Assembly (NCBI GenBank): GCA_020832735.1
Contig: JAFIEB010000143.1
Span: 26,456-90,455, forward strand
From: Oceanicaulis sp.
GTDB taxonomy: Bacteria; Pseudomonadota; Alphaproteobacteria; Caulobacterales; Maricaulaceae
Reading direction: 5' to 3'
DNA: 64,000 nt
The notes beneath the pieces were generated by a model. It was not told the DNA's origin and searched no databases. It saw nothing but the letters and a program-made list of their open reading frames with translations. Shown here piece after piece: positions 55,460-64,000 of the stretch (position 1 is its first letter; every line of letters begins with the position of its first letter). The position numbers were made by a program, and so were the translations under genes.

Positions 55460-56442
55460 GCAGCGGCGCCTTGCGCTTTCGCCTCGTCCGGTTCCGGCGC
55501 GCGCCAGGCCAGCGTGACGCCGATCCCGCGCATCAGCGCCGCGCCGCCAACAATGACGACCGACATCAAAACGCTTTCAACAGCGACCAGAAACGCCGCA
55601 CCCGGCCCGTCAAACAGGCCTGCGAACGCGGTGTAGGGATAATAAACCGCAGTTTCCATCGTGACGGCGCCGAAGACCGGCATCACCATCATCTCGCCAT
55701 AGGCGCGCAGCATGCCCGGCCAGAGCTGCCCGGCAAAGCCGAGCCCAAAGAGCGCGCCCAGGTAAACTCCAAAAGCGATGACCCAGGCGGCGGCCGTGCG
55801 CCATAGCGCGCCCTTTGTGGCGCGCCATGCGCCAGACATATCCACCCGGCGGCGCATCACGGCGAGCGCCGGCAAGGCGGAGAATTTGGCCAGGAAGATC
55901 AGCACCGGAATCATAAGAACGGATGTGGACGCGAACACCGCCATCGCGGCGCCAAACGCGATATCATCGGCCATGGCGCCGCCCGCCATTCCGGCTATCG
56001 CGACCAAAACCACGATCATGCCAAGGATCATCCAGACAATCACGCCAACCATGTAAATGCCGAACAGGATGAGATTGGCCACGATCAGACAGCCAAACTC
56101 GGCCCAGCGCATCCGCCAGGGATGCTTTTCGTTGTTGAACAGGCGTATCCAGACCGTTTCGAGCCATAACCAGATCGGGAAGGACAAGAGCGTATATGCC
56201 GTCGCCATCAGACCGGCGCGCTGCAAGTCCATCCTGGCGGCCAGATTCCCTTCGGCGGAATCGAGAAACGCCTGTCCCATCACGCTATAAGAATGAGCGA
56301 TCAGGCAGGTCAGGGCCGCGTAGTAGATCACCGTCACCAGAGCCACGCTCATGAAGGCGCCCGGCCGGCGCGTCAGCACGGTCAGCCACAGCCCGAGCGC
56401 TGCTCGGACGGAAAAAGGCGCCGCCGCCGCCATGCCGCTCAT
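55456..56442 (-). CDS. uncharacterised polytopic membrane protein, paralog family member B
   Basis: The ATG overlaps the stop of the upstream gene (ATGA). About 7 TM segments. It carries the motif WIRLFNNEKHPWRMRWAEFGCL and a second shared block AKFSALPALAVMRRRVDMSGAWRATKG. Confidence 0.75.
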   Translation of the reverse strand: MSGMAAAAPFSVRAALGLWLTVLTRRPGAFMSVALVTVIYYAALTCLIAHSYSVMGQAFLDSAEGNLAARMDLQRAGLMATAYTLLSFPIWLWLETVWIRLFNNEKHPWRMRWAEFGCLIVANLILFGIYMVGVIVWMILGMIVVLVAIAGMAGGAMADDIAFGAAMAVFASTSVLMIPVLIFLAKFSALPALAVMRRRVDMSGAWRATKGALWRTAAAWVIAFGVYLGALFGLGFAGQLWPGMLRAYGEMMVMPVFGAVTMETAVYYPYTAFAGLFDGPGAAFLVAVESVLMSVVIVGGAALMRGIGVTLAWRAPEPDEAKAQGAAA

Positions 56443-57431
56443 TGCGCTGTCTCAGGCTCCGCAGGCGCGGGCGCCGGGGCGGCGTCTGCAGCAACCGCCT
56501 CGCCATGGCGCCGGGCCACATAGGCGCCGACACCGTGCCACAGCCCTTCGAATGTGATCTGAAAGATGAACTGCGTGACAACGATCACGGCGATGATGGC
56601 GATGCCAGCTGGCGAAGTCAGCGTTTCACCCAGCAGCGCGAGAATTTGCGCCGGATCGGACCCTGCCGCCGGGTCGAACGCCATCATCGCCCCGATAAAT
56701 TCCGCAGCCCCGAACAACAGGGCGATCTGCTGGACCATGGAGACCACGACCGCCCCGGCGATCCACACGGCGATCAGGGTCAGATAGGACAGGAACATCA
56801 TGCCCCATACGCCCTTGGACGCGCTGACCGCCTGGAACAGGCGGAAGCGGCGCTTATGCACGCTCAGGGCCGGAGCGGCCGCAAAGCGCAGGCAGATGAT
56901 GATCAGGAACACAACCACCGCCAACACGATCAACGTGCCGACCAGGGCGATAATCGCTGTACCGCCGAAATCCTGAGCGCCGCCGCCGGTTGCAACGATG
57001 GCGGCCACAAGGATGATCGACACGATGTAGACCGCCATCCAGAACATGATGAAAAGCACGTTCACGCCCAGAAGCCGGAACTCGTCCGCGCCCAGGCGGA
57101 AGGGAATCACGGGGCGGATCTCGTCACGCGTCAGCAGTCTGAGCCATGCGCCCTGAGCCATCAGGTAAATCAGAACCCCCGCCAGCCCGAGGAGCATCAT
57201 CCAGCCCATCATCTGCAGGAAGACGGCGATCATCTCGGCTTCGATATCGGCTTCAGCCGCATGGGCCATAAGCTCGAAGACAGGCCAGAACACGGCCAGC
57301 GCCCCGGCGCTGACGGCGCACAGCAACAGCATCTGCCAGAAGCCGATCCACAGCGCGCCCATGGGACGGCGCCCGACAGCGATGAAAAACTGGAAAGTGG
57401 CGGCAACGAAATCATAGCGCGGCCGGGTCAT
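56439..57431 (-). CDS. uncharacterised polytopic membrane protein, paralog family member C
   Basis: It carries the motif WLRLLTRDEIRPVIPFRLGADEFRLLG and a second block LRFAAAPALSVHKRRFRLFQAVSASKG. About 7 TM segments. Confidence 0.75.
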   Translation of the reverse strand: MTRPRYDFVAATFQFFIAVGRRPMGALWIGFWQMLLLCAVSAGALAVFWPVFELMAHAAEADIEAEMIAVFLQMMGWMMLLGLAGVLIYLMAQGAWLRLLTRDEIRPVIPFRLGADEFRLLGVNVLFIMFWMAVYIVSIILVAAIVATGGGAQDFGGTAIIALVGTLIVLAVVVFLIIICLRFAAAPALSVHKRRFRLFQAVSASKGVWGMMFLSYLTLIAVWIAGAVVVSMVQQIALLFGAAEFIGAMMAFDPAAGSDPAQILALLGETLTSPAGIAIIAVIVVTQFIFQITFEGLWHGVGAYVARRHGEAVAADAAPAPAPAEPETAQ

Positions 57432-57499
57432 GGCGCTCCCCCCTCATGGACCAATCATGAAGGCAGAATAACGCGCCGCTGTCGGGCCGTCTTGGGAAA

Positions 57500-58351
57500 T
57501 TACGTCCCGGGAGGCGAATCTGAACGATATTTCACGTACAGCACGCCCAGCGCCGCACAGGCCGGCGCGGCGGCCAGCGCAATCTTGAACAGCCCGTGCA
57601 ATCCGCCAAGGGCCGCAACGACCAACAACGGCGCGGGCGCCTCCATGGCGTCTGTGTAGGCCGCGCCTGGCCAGACGCCGGTCACGGCGGCGGCCGCCAC
57701 GTTCAAGGCCATGAGGATTGCAAGGCCCGGCGCCGCTGCGGCCAGCAGGGTCAGGGCGATCTCGATCCAGCGTCCTGACGAGACCGGCCAGATCGACAGG
57801 ACGCGCACCCGCGCTGAATCGAGCGTCGAAGGCAGGCTCAAGGCCAGGCGCGCGGCGAACCAGAGCGAGAACCCGGCGAAGGCCGCGATCAGCACGCTGG
57901 CCACGATCCACTCGCCCGTGCCGAACAGCGCGTATATGTCCACCGGACCGGACGGCGGTTCGGCGGTCACATCCACATTGATCACCGCCAGAGCCGTGAT
58001 CATGAACATCAGGGCCAGGCCCGCCGTGCCCAGCACGGTGAACAGCAGCACCCAGATCAACGCCATCACGCCCAGCAGCCGGCGTTCGTCATCGCCCGCC
58101 GCGAGGCGCGCGGGCTGGCCCAGCCCGATGCGCACGAAGGCGGCGATTGCGGGAACCACTGCGGCGAACCCGACCAGCATGGCGGCGAGCCAGTGCCAGA
58201 GCGGCCCCGCCCCCGAGGCCAGGCGCGCAGCGGTCACCGCCTCCAGCGAATAGGCGAGCGCGTAAATGAGCCCGGCCAGCAGGGCCAGCCTGGCATGGCG
58301 CAGGGTCAGGGAAAGGCCCGCACGGGCGGCGTTCATATCGATGAGCGTCAT
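57500..58351 (-). CDS. uncharacterised polytopic membrane protein, paralog family member D
   Basis: An internal ATG (cat at 58349-58351) opens MTLIDMNAARAGLSL. It carries the motif FVRIGLGQPARLAAGDDERRLLG and a second block ARLALSLPSTLDSARVRVLSIWPVSSG. The start is uncertain. Confidence 0.7.
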   Translation of the reverse strand: MTLIDMNAARAGLSLTLRHARLALLAGLIYALAYSLEAVTAARLASGAGPLWHWLAAMLVGFAAVVPAIAAFVRIGLGQPARLAAGDDERRLLGVMALIWVLLFTVLGTAGLALMFMITALAVINVDVTAEPPSGPVDIYALFGTGEWIVASVLIAAFAGFSLWFAARLALSLPSTLDSARVRVLSIWPVSSGRWIEIALTLLAAAAPGLAILMALNVAAAAVTGVWPGAAYTDAMEAPAPLLVVAALGGLHGLFKIALAAAPACAALGVLYVKYRSDSPPGT

Positions 58352-58400
58352 GGCGCGGGAGTTAAACCGAAACCTCAGCCGCGCCAAGACGGGTGCGCGC

Positions 58401-59108
58401 TCAGGGCGCAGATGCGGTTTCGAGGCAGATGTCCCGGGACCGCCCCTCCCCGTCATGCACCGTCAGGCAGGGATCGAACACGAAGGTGTAAAGGCTACGG
58501 CGGTTCGAAGTCTGGTGAAGGTTGTAAGTTCCGGTGATTTCCGGGGCCAGCGCCCGGATTCTGTCAGGATAGGCGTAAAAAGACTCCAGTCTTGAATACG
58601 CCCCGTCAGGATTGCGGGTCCAGGCGATCAAAATAGCGGCTTCAGCCGCGGAAGGATCGGCGTCCAGCGCCGGCAGGATGTCAGGGCAGTCCCGCGCCCG
58701 GCGCGGATTCGGGATGGTGAGGAAAGGTGATCTGGCATAACGCGCGTCCAGACGCGGCAATCGCCCAAGCTCGACGCCATACTCGCGCGCAAGCCTGCGC
58801 TCGGTCCCGGTGAGGCCGCCTGCAGCCCGGTCCAGCCGCCCTGCGGCCCAGAAGAAATATGATTGCGGCTCCTCGCTTTGGCCGGCGAGTCCCGCCAGCG
58901 CCGCCATGAAAGCCAGACGCGTTCCGTCCCGCGTGGCCAGGCATCCTTCTTGCGCCAGGGCGTCATAGGCCTCTGCTGCGTGGGCCCCTGCCTCGCCCAG
59001 CGCCCCCCGGTTCCAGGCTTGCGCCGCCGCTTCGGCCAGCATCCGCGCATCCGCCCGTTCTTCGCCAATTGGCGAAGCAGCAAGAGCGAGCAAAAGTGCT
59101 GCAATCAT
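58401..59108 (-). CDS. secreted hypothetical protein, paralog of the upstream TonB-C-like protein
   Basis: The start overlaps the upstream stop (ATGA). It has a signal peptide MIAALLLALAASP and a helical Ala-rich N-terminal half. The C-terminal EAAILIAWTRNPDGAYSRLESFYAYPD...TFVFD loosely parallels the TonB-C module of the preceding protein. Confidence 0.65.
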   Translation of the reverse strand: MIAALLLALAASPIGEERADARMLAEAAAQAWNRGALGEAGAHAAEAYDALAQEGCLATRDGTRLAFMAALAGLAGQSEEPQSYFFWAAGRLDRAAGGLTGTERRLAREYGVELGRLPRLDARYARSPFLTIPNPRRARDCPDILPALDADPSAAEAAILIAWTRNPDGAYSRLESFYAYPDRIRALAPEITGTYNLHQTSNRRSLYTFVFDPCLTVHDGEGRSRDICLETASAP

Positions 59109-60295
59109 GGGAGTTCATCCTGCATACGGAAGTCAAACGTGGTTCGCACGCCCTCGTGCGCCGTTGGCACGCCGTCAACCAGCTTGGGCTCATAGCGCCA
59201 ACGGCGCATTGCACGCAGCGCTGCTTCGCCAAAGACGGGATGAGGCGCGGAGAACACCACATCGGCATCCGCCACACGCCCTTCAGCCGTCACGGTGAAA
59301 GTGATCAGGGTGATGCCTTCCACGCCTGCACCCGCCGCCGCCGAAGGATAGGTGGGAGATGTCCGCCTTATCGGGCGCGCCGACCGGTTGAGCGGGTCGG
59401 GTACGGCGGTCTCTACCTGCTCTTCTTCATCGGCCTCAGCTTCAGCGGCCTCACGTTCGGGCTCAGTCAGAAAGCCTGCCTCGGCCAGGCGGACAATCAG
59501 ATCCCGGCGCTGCGCTGAATTTAAGCGTGAGCGCGCATAGCGCGACCAGACATCGGTGATTGTTATCAGACGGTTACCCTGCTCCTGCAGTCCGAACAGA
59601 TGACCGGCAACAGCAAACCACCAGGCCGAATCATGATGACGGCGGCGCAAGGCGCCATCAACGCCCTGATAGAACGCCATCAGCGGCGCCGAGGCGTGAG
59701 ACTCCAGACCATAGGGTTCGATGACGTCCAGCGCCTCGCGTGCAGCGCCGCCGGCGCGCGTGATAGATCCAAGAGCCCAGTGGGCCCGAGCACGCAACGC
59801 CAGCGCAGCAGCGACATCGCTGTCGCGCTCGGGGTCTGCGCCTGTCGCGCCCGCGGATGCCAGCACAGCGTCAACCTGGTGCAAGACGTCGCGATGTTGT
59901 TCCTCCAGAAAAAACGCCTCAGCGATCAGCCTCTGAACCCTCACAAGATTATTCTTCTGGCTCTCCCCCAATTCGCCAAACAGGTCCGCCGCCAGGCCCA
60001 GCATGGCGCGGGCGTCTGAAAACGCACTGCGAACATAGGCGAACTGACCTGCCGTATCGGCGAGAATCGCGCGCGTGAGAGGATCAACGCCTTCGGCCTC
60101 GGCGGCGCGGTGGGCCTCCAGGACCGCGTCACCCGCGGCTTCGGAATCGCCTGATTGTGATGCGGCCAGATAGCGCTCCCACGCTGTCGCCACGGATTCG
60201 GGTAAGGCCGCTTCATCCCGAGCGTGCGCCGGGGAAAACGTGATCATGCACGCCACAACCACACTCGCCAGCCAACAAACCGTGCTACGATCCAT
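59105..60295 (-). CDS. TonB C-terminal domain-containing secreted protein
   Basis: An internal ATG (cat at 60293-60295) follows GGAAGGGGA and opens MDRSTVCWLASVVVACMITFSPAHA. The C-terminus reads PTYPSAAAGAGVEGITLITFTVTAEGRVADADVVFSAPHPVFGEAALRAMRRWRYEP, which is TonB_C. No Pro-rich spacer or SHLS-type anchor is present. The longer track ORF would overlap the trmFO start. Confidence 0.7.
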   Translation of the reverse strand: MDRSTVCWLASVVVACMITFSPAHARDEAALPESVATAWERYLAASQSGDSEAAGDAVLEAHRAAEAEGVDPLTRAILADTAGQFAYVRSAFSDARAMLGLAADLFGELGESQKNNLVRVQRLIAEAFFLEEQHRDVLHQVDAVLASAGATGADPERDSDVAAALALRARAHWALGSITRAGGAAREALDVIEPYGLESHASAPLMAFYQGVDGALRRRHHDSAWWFAVAGHLFGLQEQGNRLITITDVWSRYARSRLNSAQRRDLIVRLAEAGFLTEPEREAAEAEADEEEQVETAVPDPLNRSARPIRRTSPTYPSAAAGAGVEGITLITFTVTAEGRVADADVVFSAPHPVFGEAALRAMRRWRYEPKLVDGVPTAHEGVRTTFDFRMQDELP

Positions 60296-60417
60296 TTGAA
60301 TTTCCCCTTCCCATTTCTCGCCTCTCAAGGGAACCCCGGATTGGCGTTCAGCGTCAACTTGAAAGCGCTTCCAACCGGGCTTTCGCATGGGGGTCCTGAC
60401 GCTTATATCTGCCGCCC

Positions 60418-61818
60418 ATGACAAACCCGATACACATTATTGGCGGCGGCATGGCCGGCTGCGAGGCGGCCTGGCAGGCGGCCGGGGCCGGCGCGCGCGT
60501 CGTGCTGCACGAGATGCGCCCGGTGCGCGGCACCGAAGCCCATCAGACCGACGGGCTGGCCGAGCTCGTGTGCTCCAACTCCTTCCGCTCCGATGATCAC
60601 GAGACCAACGCGGTGGGCCTTCTGCACGAAGAGATGCGCCGCGCGGGCTCGCTGATCATGGCCAAGGCCGACATGGCGCGCGTTCCCGCCGGCGGGGCGC
60701 TGGCGGTGGACCGCGATGTGTTCAGCCAGGCGGTGACGCAGGCTATCGAGGCTCACCCCAATATCGAGATCGTGCGCGAGGAAATCGCCGGCCTGCCGCC
60801 CGAGGACTGGGACAGCGTCATCATCGCCTCCGGCCCCCTCACCTCGCCCGCGCTGGCCGAAGCGGTGCATGGCCTCACCGGCGAAGGCGAGCTGGCCTTC
60901 TTTGACGCCATCGCCCCGATCATCCACGCCGGGTCCATCGATATGGGCGTCGCGTGGAAGCAGTCGCGCTATGACAAGGGCGAGACCGAGGAAGACAAAG
61001 CCGCCTATATCAACTGCCCGATGGACCGCGATCAGTACGAGGCCTTCATCGACGCGCTGATCGCGGCGCCCAAGACCGAGTTCAAGGATTGGGAGAAGGA
61101 CACCCCCTATTTCGACGGCTGCCTGCCGGTCGAGGTGATGGCCGAGCGCGGGCGCGAGACGCTGCGCCACGGACCGATGAAGCCGCGCGGCCTGACTAAC
61201 GCCCACAAGCCCGACGACAAACCCTACGCCGTCGTGCAGCTGCGCCAGGACAATGCGCTGGGCACGCTGTTCAACATGGTCGGCTTCCAGACCAAGATGA
61301 AGTATGGCGCGCAAGCCGATGTATTCAGGATGATTCCAGGGCTGGAGAATGCCAGCTTTGCGCGCCTTGGCGGCATTCACCGCAACACCTTCCTGAACTC
61401 GCCGCGCCTGCTGGACGGCGTGATGCGCCTGAAGGCGCGCCCGTCCTTGCGCTTCGCCGGTCAGATCACCGGGGTGGAGGGCTATGTGGAGAGTGCGGCC
61501 ATGGGGCTTCTGGCGGGCCGCTTCGCCGCCGCCGAGCGCCTGGGCCAAGCGCTCACGCCCCCGCCGCCAACCACGGCGCTGGGCGCGCTGCTGACCCACA
61601 TCACCACAGGCCATGTGCCGGGCCGCAAGGGCGCGTTCCAGCCCATGAACGTGAATTTCGGCCTGTTCCCGGAGATGGAGGGCCCCAGCCGCGGCCCCAA
61701 TGGCGAACGCCTGCGCGGCGCCGCCAAGGCCCAGGCGAAAAAGCGCCTGATGACCGCGCGGGCGCTGGCCGATCATGACGCCTGGCTGAAGGGCGCGATG
61801 TCTCAGGCGGCGGAGTAG
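60418..61818 (+). CDS. trmFO: methylenetetrahydrofolate--tRNA-(uracil-5-)-methyltransferase
   Basis: [33 protein letters not shown]...CSNSFRSDD...[14 protein letters not shown]; 466 aa. Confidence 0.95.
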   Translation: MTNPIHIIGGGMAGCEAAWQAAGAGARVVLHEMRPVRGTEAHQTDGLAELVCSNSFRSDDHETNAVGLLHEEMRRAGSLIMAKADMARVPAGGALAVDRDVFSQAVTQAIEAHPNIEIVREEIAGLPPEDWDSVIIASGPLTSPALAEAVHGLTGEGELAFFDAIAPIIHAGSIDMGVAWKQSRYDKGETEEDKAAYINCPMDRDQYEAFIDALIAAPKTEFKDWEKDTPYFDGCLPVEVMAERGRETLRHGPMKPRGLTNAHKPDDKPYAVVQLRQDNALGTLFNMVGFQTKMKYGAQADVFRMIPGLENASFARLGGIHRNTFLNSPRLLDGVMRLKARPSLRFAGQITGVEGYVESAAMGLLAGRFAAAERLGQALTPPPPTTALGALLTHITTGHVPGRKGAFQPMNVNFGLFPEMEGPSRGPNGERLRGAAKAQAKKRLMTARALADHDAWLKGAMSQAAE

Positions 61819-61828
61819 CGCCGCCGCC

Positions 61829-62263
61829 TTACCCGGCCAGATGCGACGCCTGCTCCGGCTCGCCCGCAGCGGCGAGGGTTTCGGCCACCGCGCATTGTGC
61901 TCTCGTTGTCTTGCCACAGGTGCGAAGCGAAGCTTCCAGCTGCGCTTCGATCTGGCGCAGATCGGCGATCTTGGCCCGCACCGTCTCCAGATGGCTTGAG
62001 GCCAGCTCATCGATCGCGCCGCATTCGGCCTGCCTGTCTTCGAGAAGATCGAGCAGATTCGACACGGCGGCCAGAGAAAAACCGAGACTGCGTCCGCGGC
62101 AGATGAAGCGCAGCCGCTCCTCCTGAGCGCGGGTGTAGGTGCGGTGTCCGCCCTCAGTGCGCACGGGCGCAGGCAGCAAGCCCAGCCGTTCGTAATAGCG
62201 GATCGTCACCACCTTGCAGCCGGTGCGCCGGGACAGCTCTCCGATGGTCAGGGTCTCGTGCAT
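61829..62263 (-). CDS. MerR family heavy-metal-responsive transcriptional regulator
   Basis: An internal ATG (cat at 62261-62263) opens MHETLTIGELSRRTGCKVVTIRYYERLGLLPAPVRTEGGHRTY (MerR HTH). A coiled-coil follows, then Cys residues at ..AECGAID.. and ..RTCGKTTRAQC.. as in metal-sensing members. Confidence 0.85.
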   Translation of the reverse strand: MHETLTIGELSRRTGCKVVTIRYYERLGLLPAPVRTEGGHRTYTRAQEERLRFICRGRSLGFSLAAVSNLLDLLEDRQAECGAIDELASSHLETVRAKIADLRQIEAQLEASLRTCGKTTRAQCAVAETLAAAGEPEQASHLAG

Positions 62264-62270
62264 GACAGGC

Positions 62271-62301
62271 TTGAACCTATAGCGACTATAGAAATTACGC
62301 T
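62271..62301 (+). promoter_or_regulatory. MerR-type promoter with 19-bp spacer containing the dyad CTATAG-cga-CTATAG
   Basis: TTGAAC (62271-62276) is followed by a 19-nt spacer and TACGCT (62296-62301). The dyad lies at 62277-62291. The site sits between the divergent merR-like gene and the receptor gene. The over-long spacer is the hallmark of MerR-activated promoters. Confidence 0.55.
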
Positions 62302-62358
62302 GCGCAGCGACTCGGTCGGCTGATGGCCGCACTGCCGCCTGAGATGGGGATTATTCGC

Positions 62359-64000
62359 ATGACGCCGCGCCTTTGCCTACCGGCCCGCCCGCGCCGGACG
62401 CTCGCCCTCGCCGCAGGCGCCGCCAGCGTTGCGCTGTGCCCCCTCGCCGCCCCGCCCGCCTTCGCCGCCGCCAGCCCGCACGGCGGGCATGGCCACCACG
62501 CCCAAGACGACACCATCACGGTGAGCGCCACGCGCTCACGCCGGCGGGTCCAGGACGACCCGATCCGCGTGGAGATCATCGACCGCGAGGAGATCGAGGA
62601 AAAGATGATCATGGCGCCGGGCAATATCTCGGTGCTGCTGGCCGAAACCGGCGGGCTGTGGGTGCAGGCGAGCTCGGCCGCGCTAGGGTCTGCCGGCATC
62701 CGCGTCCAGGGGATGAGCGAGCGCTACACCCTCTTGCTGGCCGACGGGCTGCCGCTCTATGGCGGTCAGGCGGGCTCCATCGGCCTGTTGCAGATCCCGC
62801 CCACCGATCTGGCGCGGGTGGAAATCATCAAGGGCTCCGCCTCGGCGCTCTATGGCGGGTCGGCCATGGGCGGGGTGATCAATCTGATCTCCCGGCGCCC
62901 ATCAGACGCGCGCGAAGGCGAGATCCTCTTCAACGCCACCAGCCAGCGCGGCGCGGACGTGACGGCCTATACGGCGGCGCCGCTCAGCGATGGCTGGAGC
63001 TATTCGGTCACCGGCGGCGGCCACTGGCAGGACGCGCGTGATCTCGACGGATCGGGCTGGGCGGATATCCCGTCCTATGAGCGCTACACCATCCGCCCGC
63101 GCCTGTTCCGGGACCTGGCCTCCGGCGGCGGGGCGCTGCTCACGCTGGGCTATACGCAAGAGACCCGCAGCGGCGGGACGCTGCCCGGGCGCACCGTGCC
63201 GGACGGCAGCCCGTTCGTTCAGGGCCTCGACACACAGCGCCTCGACGCCGGTTTCAATCTCGATCTGCCGATCAGCGAGGATCTCGAGTTCGGCGTGCGC
63301 GCCTCGGCCATGGCGACAGACCATCGCCATCAGTTTGGCCCCCGCAGCGAGCGCGACCGGCGGCGCACCCTGTTCGGCGAAGCCACGCTCGCCTGGTCTC
63401 ATGACGGCCATTCCCTGGTGGGCGGGCTGGCGGTGCAGGCCGATACGCTGGACACGGATGATTTCCCGGCCATCGATTACAGCTTCACCGTGCCGGGCGT
63501 GTTCATCCAATATGATCGCGACCTGACTGAAGACCTCACCGTATCCGGCGGCCTGCGCGCCGATTCCCATAGCGCGTACGGCGAGTTCCTCAGCCCGCGC
63601 GTGTCATTGCTGTGGCGCCCCGGCCCCTGGACGCTGCGCGCCTCGGCGGCGCGGGGCTTCTTCGCACCCGGCCCGTTTATTGGCGCGGTGGAGGAGGCCG
63701 GCCTGTCGCGCCTCGATCCGCTGACCGGGCTGGTCGCGGAGCGGGCCGAGAGCCTGTCGTTTGATGTCGGCCGCCGGTTCGGCCCGTTCGAGGCCAATGT
63801 CATCGCCTTCCGCACCCGCGTGACCGACGAGGCGGTGCTGATCCCCACCGGCGCAACCCTGCCCGACGGCACGGACCGGCTGCGCATCGTCAATGCGCCC
63901 GGCGAGACCGTCACGCGCGGCGGCGAGGCGCTTCTGCGCTACCGCTATGATCATTACGTGGTGACGGCGAGCTATATGTATACAAGGTCCGACGCGCGCG
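62359..64000 (+). CDS. TonB-dependent receptor with His-rich N-terminal segment, partial; runs off the window end
   Basis: This ORF is absent from the supplied track because there is no stop inside the window. Hand translation from the ATG at 62359 gives MTPRLCLPARPRRTLALAAGAASVALCPLAAPPAFAAASPHGGHGHHAQDDTITVSATRSRRRVQDDPIRVEIIDREEIEEK...VEIIKGSASALYGGSAMGGVINLISRRP (plug). The frame stays open to position 64000. Confidence 0.88.
   Translation, partial: MTPRLCLPARPRRTLALAAGAASVALCPLAAPPAFAAASPHGGHGHHAQDDTITVSATRSRRRVQDDPIRVEIIDREEIEEKMIMAPGNISVLLAETGGLWVQASSAALGSAGIRVQGMSERYTLLLADGLPLYGGQAGSIGLLQIPPTDLARVEIIKGSASALYGGSAMGGVINLISRRPSDAREGEILFNATSQRGADVTAYTAAPLSDGWSYSVTGGGHWQDARDLDGSGWADIPSYERYTIRPRLFRDLASGGGALLTLGYTQETRSGGTLPGRTVPDGSPFVQGLDTQRLDAGFNLDLPISEDLEFGVRASAMATDHRHQFGPRSERDRRRTLFGEATLAWSHDGHSLVGGLAVQADTLDTDDFPAIDYSFTVPGVFIQYDRDLTEDLTVSGGLRADSHSAYGEFLSPRVSLLWRPGPWTLRASAARGFFAPGPFIGAVEEAGLSRLDPLTGLVAERAESLSFDVGRRFGPFEANVIAFRTRVTDEAVLIPTGATLPDGTDRLRIVNAPGETVTRGGEALLRYRYDHYVVTASYMYTRSDAR

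Noticed and set aside
60403-62010. A 535-aa minus-strand ORF spanning trmFO and part of the merR-like gene.
   Set aside because: It is antisense to trmFO, which has a clear FAD-binding [10 protein letters not shown] start and full-length homology. The product is Arg/Ala/Gly-rich with no motifs.

Overview
This window is a 64-kb stretch of a high-G+C chromosome with alphaproteobacterial-style synteny (ihfA next to a MerR-family gene, plsX-fabH, a Cbp3-like chaperone next to bamE, yajC-secD-secF). It is mostly core housekeeping. There is a complete E. coli-order histidine operon (yerC-like, hisG, hisD, hisB with an odd N-terminal domain, hisH, hisA, hisF, hisIE). Directly upstream of it on the same strand sits a canonical NAGGN osmoprotectant operon (asnO-ngg-M42 peptidase). 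Other core genes are metG, aspS, rnd, trmFO, kynA, sdaA, tRNA-Ser(UGA) and tRNA-Pro(GGG).

The first ~8.7 kb (tRNA-Ser to hisIE) is a mosaic accessory region carrying two separate target-duplication scars. One is a 72-nt copy of the tRNA-Ser 3' part. The other is a ~110-nt diverged copy of the hisIE 3' end. Neither is accompanied by an integrase. The cargo comprises:
- a cysteine-paired Sel1 protein;
- a lower-G+C orphan with a NERD/PD-(D/E)xK-like motif;
- DUF1697 and GlsB genes;
- two tandem small secreted paralogs;
- a sulfotransferase.

The best candidate for an undescribed system is a seven-gene minus-strand cluster at 53.5-60.3 kb. It encodes two paralogous secreted TonB-C-like proteins, four diverged paralogs of an uncharacterised polytopic membrane protein, and a CPBP (Abi) intramembrane protease embedded among them.

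Other loci worth a second look:
- a TetR-PlsC-LplT-like operon with twin perfect palindromic operators;
- a MerR-controlled TonB-dependent receptor with a His-rich N-terminus;
- a pair of Cys-bracketed periplasmic pentapeptide-repeat proteins;
- a DJ-1/PfpI homolog with Ser in place of the nucleophile Cys.

No CRISPR array, IS element, integrase or rRNA was seen. Many long ORFs in the supplied track are antisense shadow ORFs typical of high-G+C DNA and were not called. All family assignments come from motif recognition by eye, not from searches.
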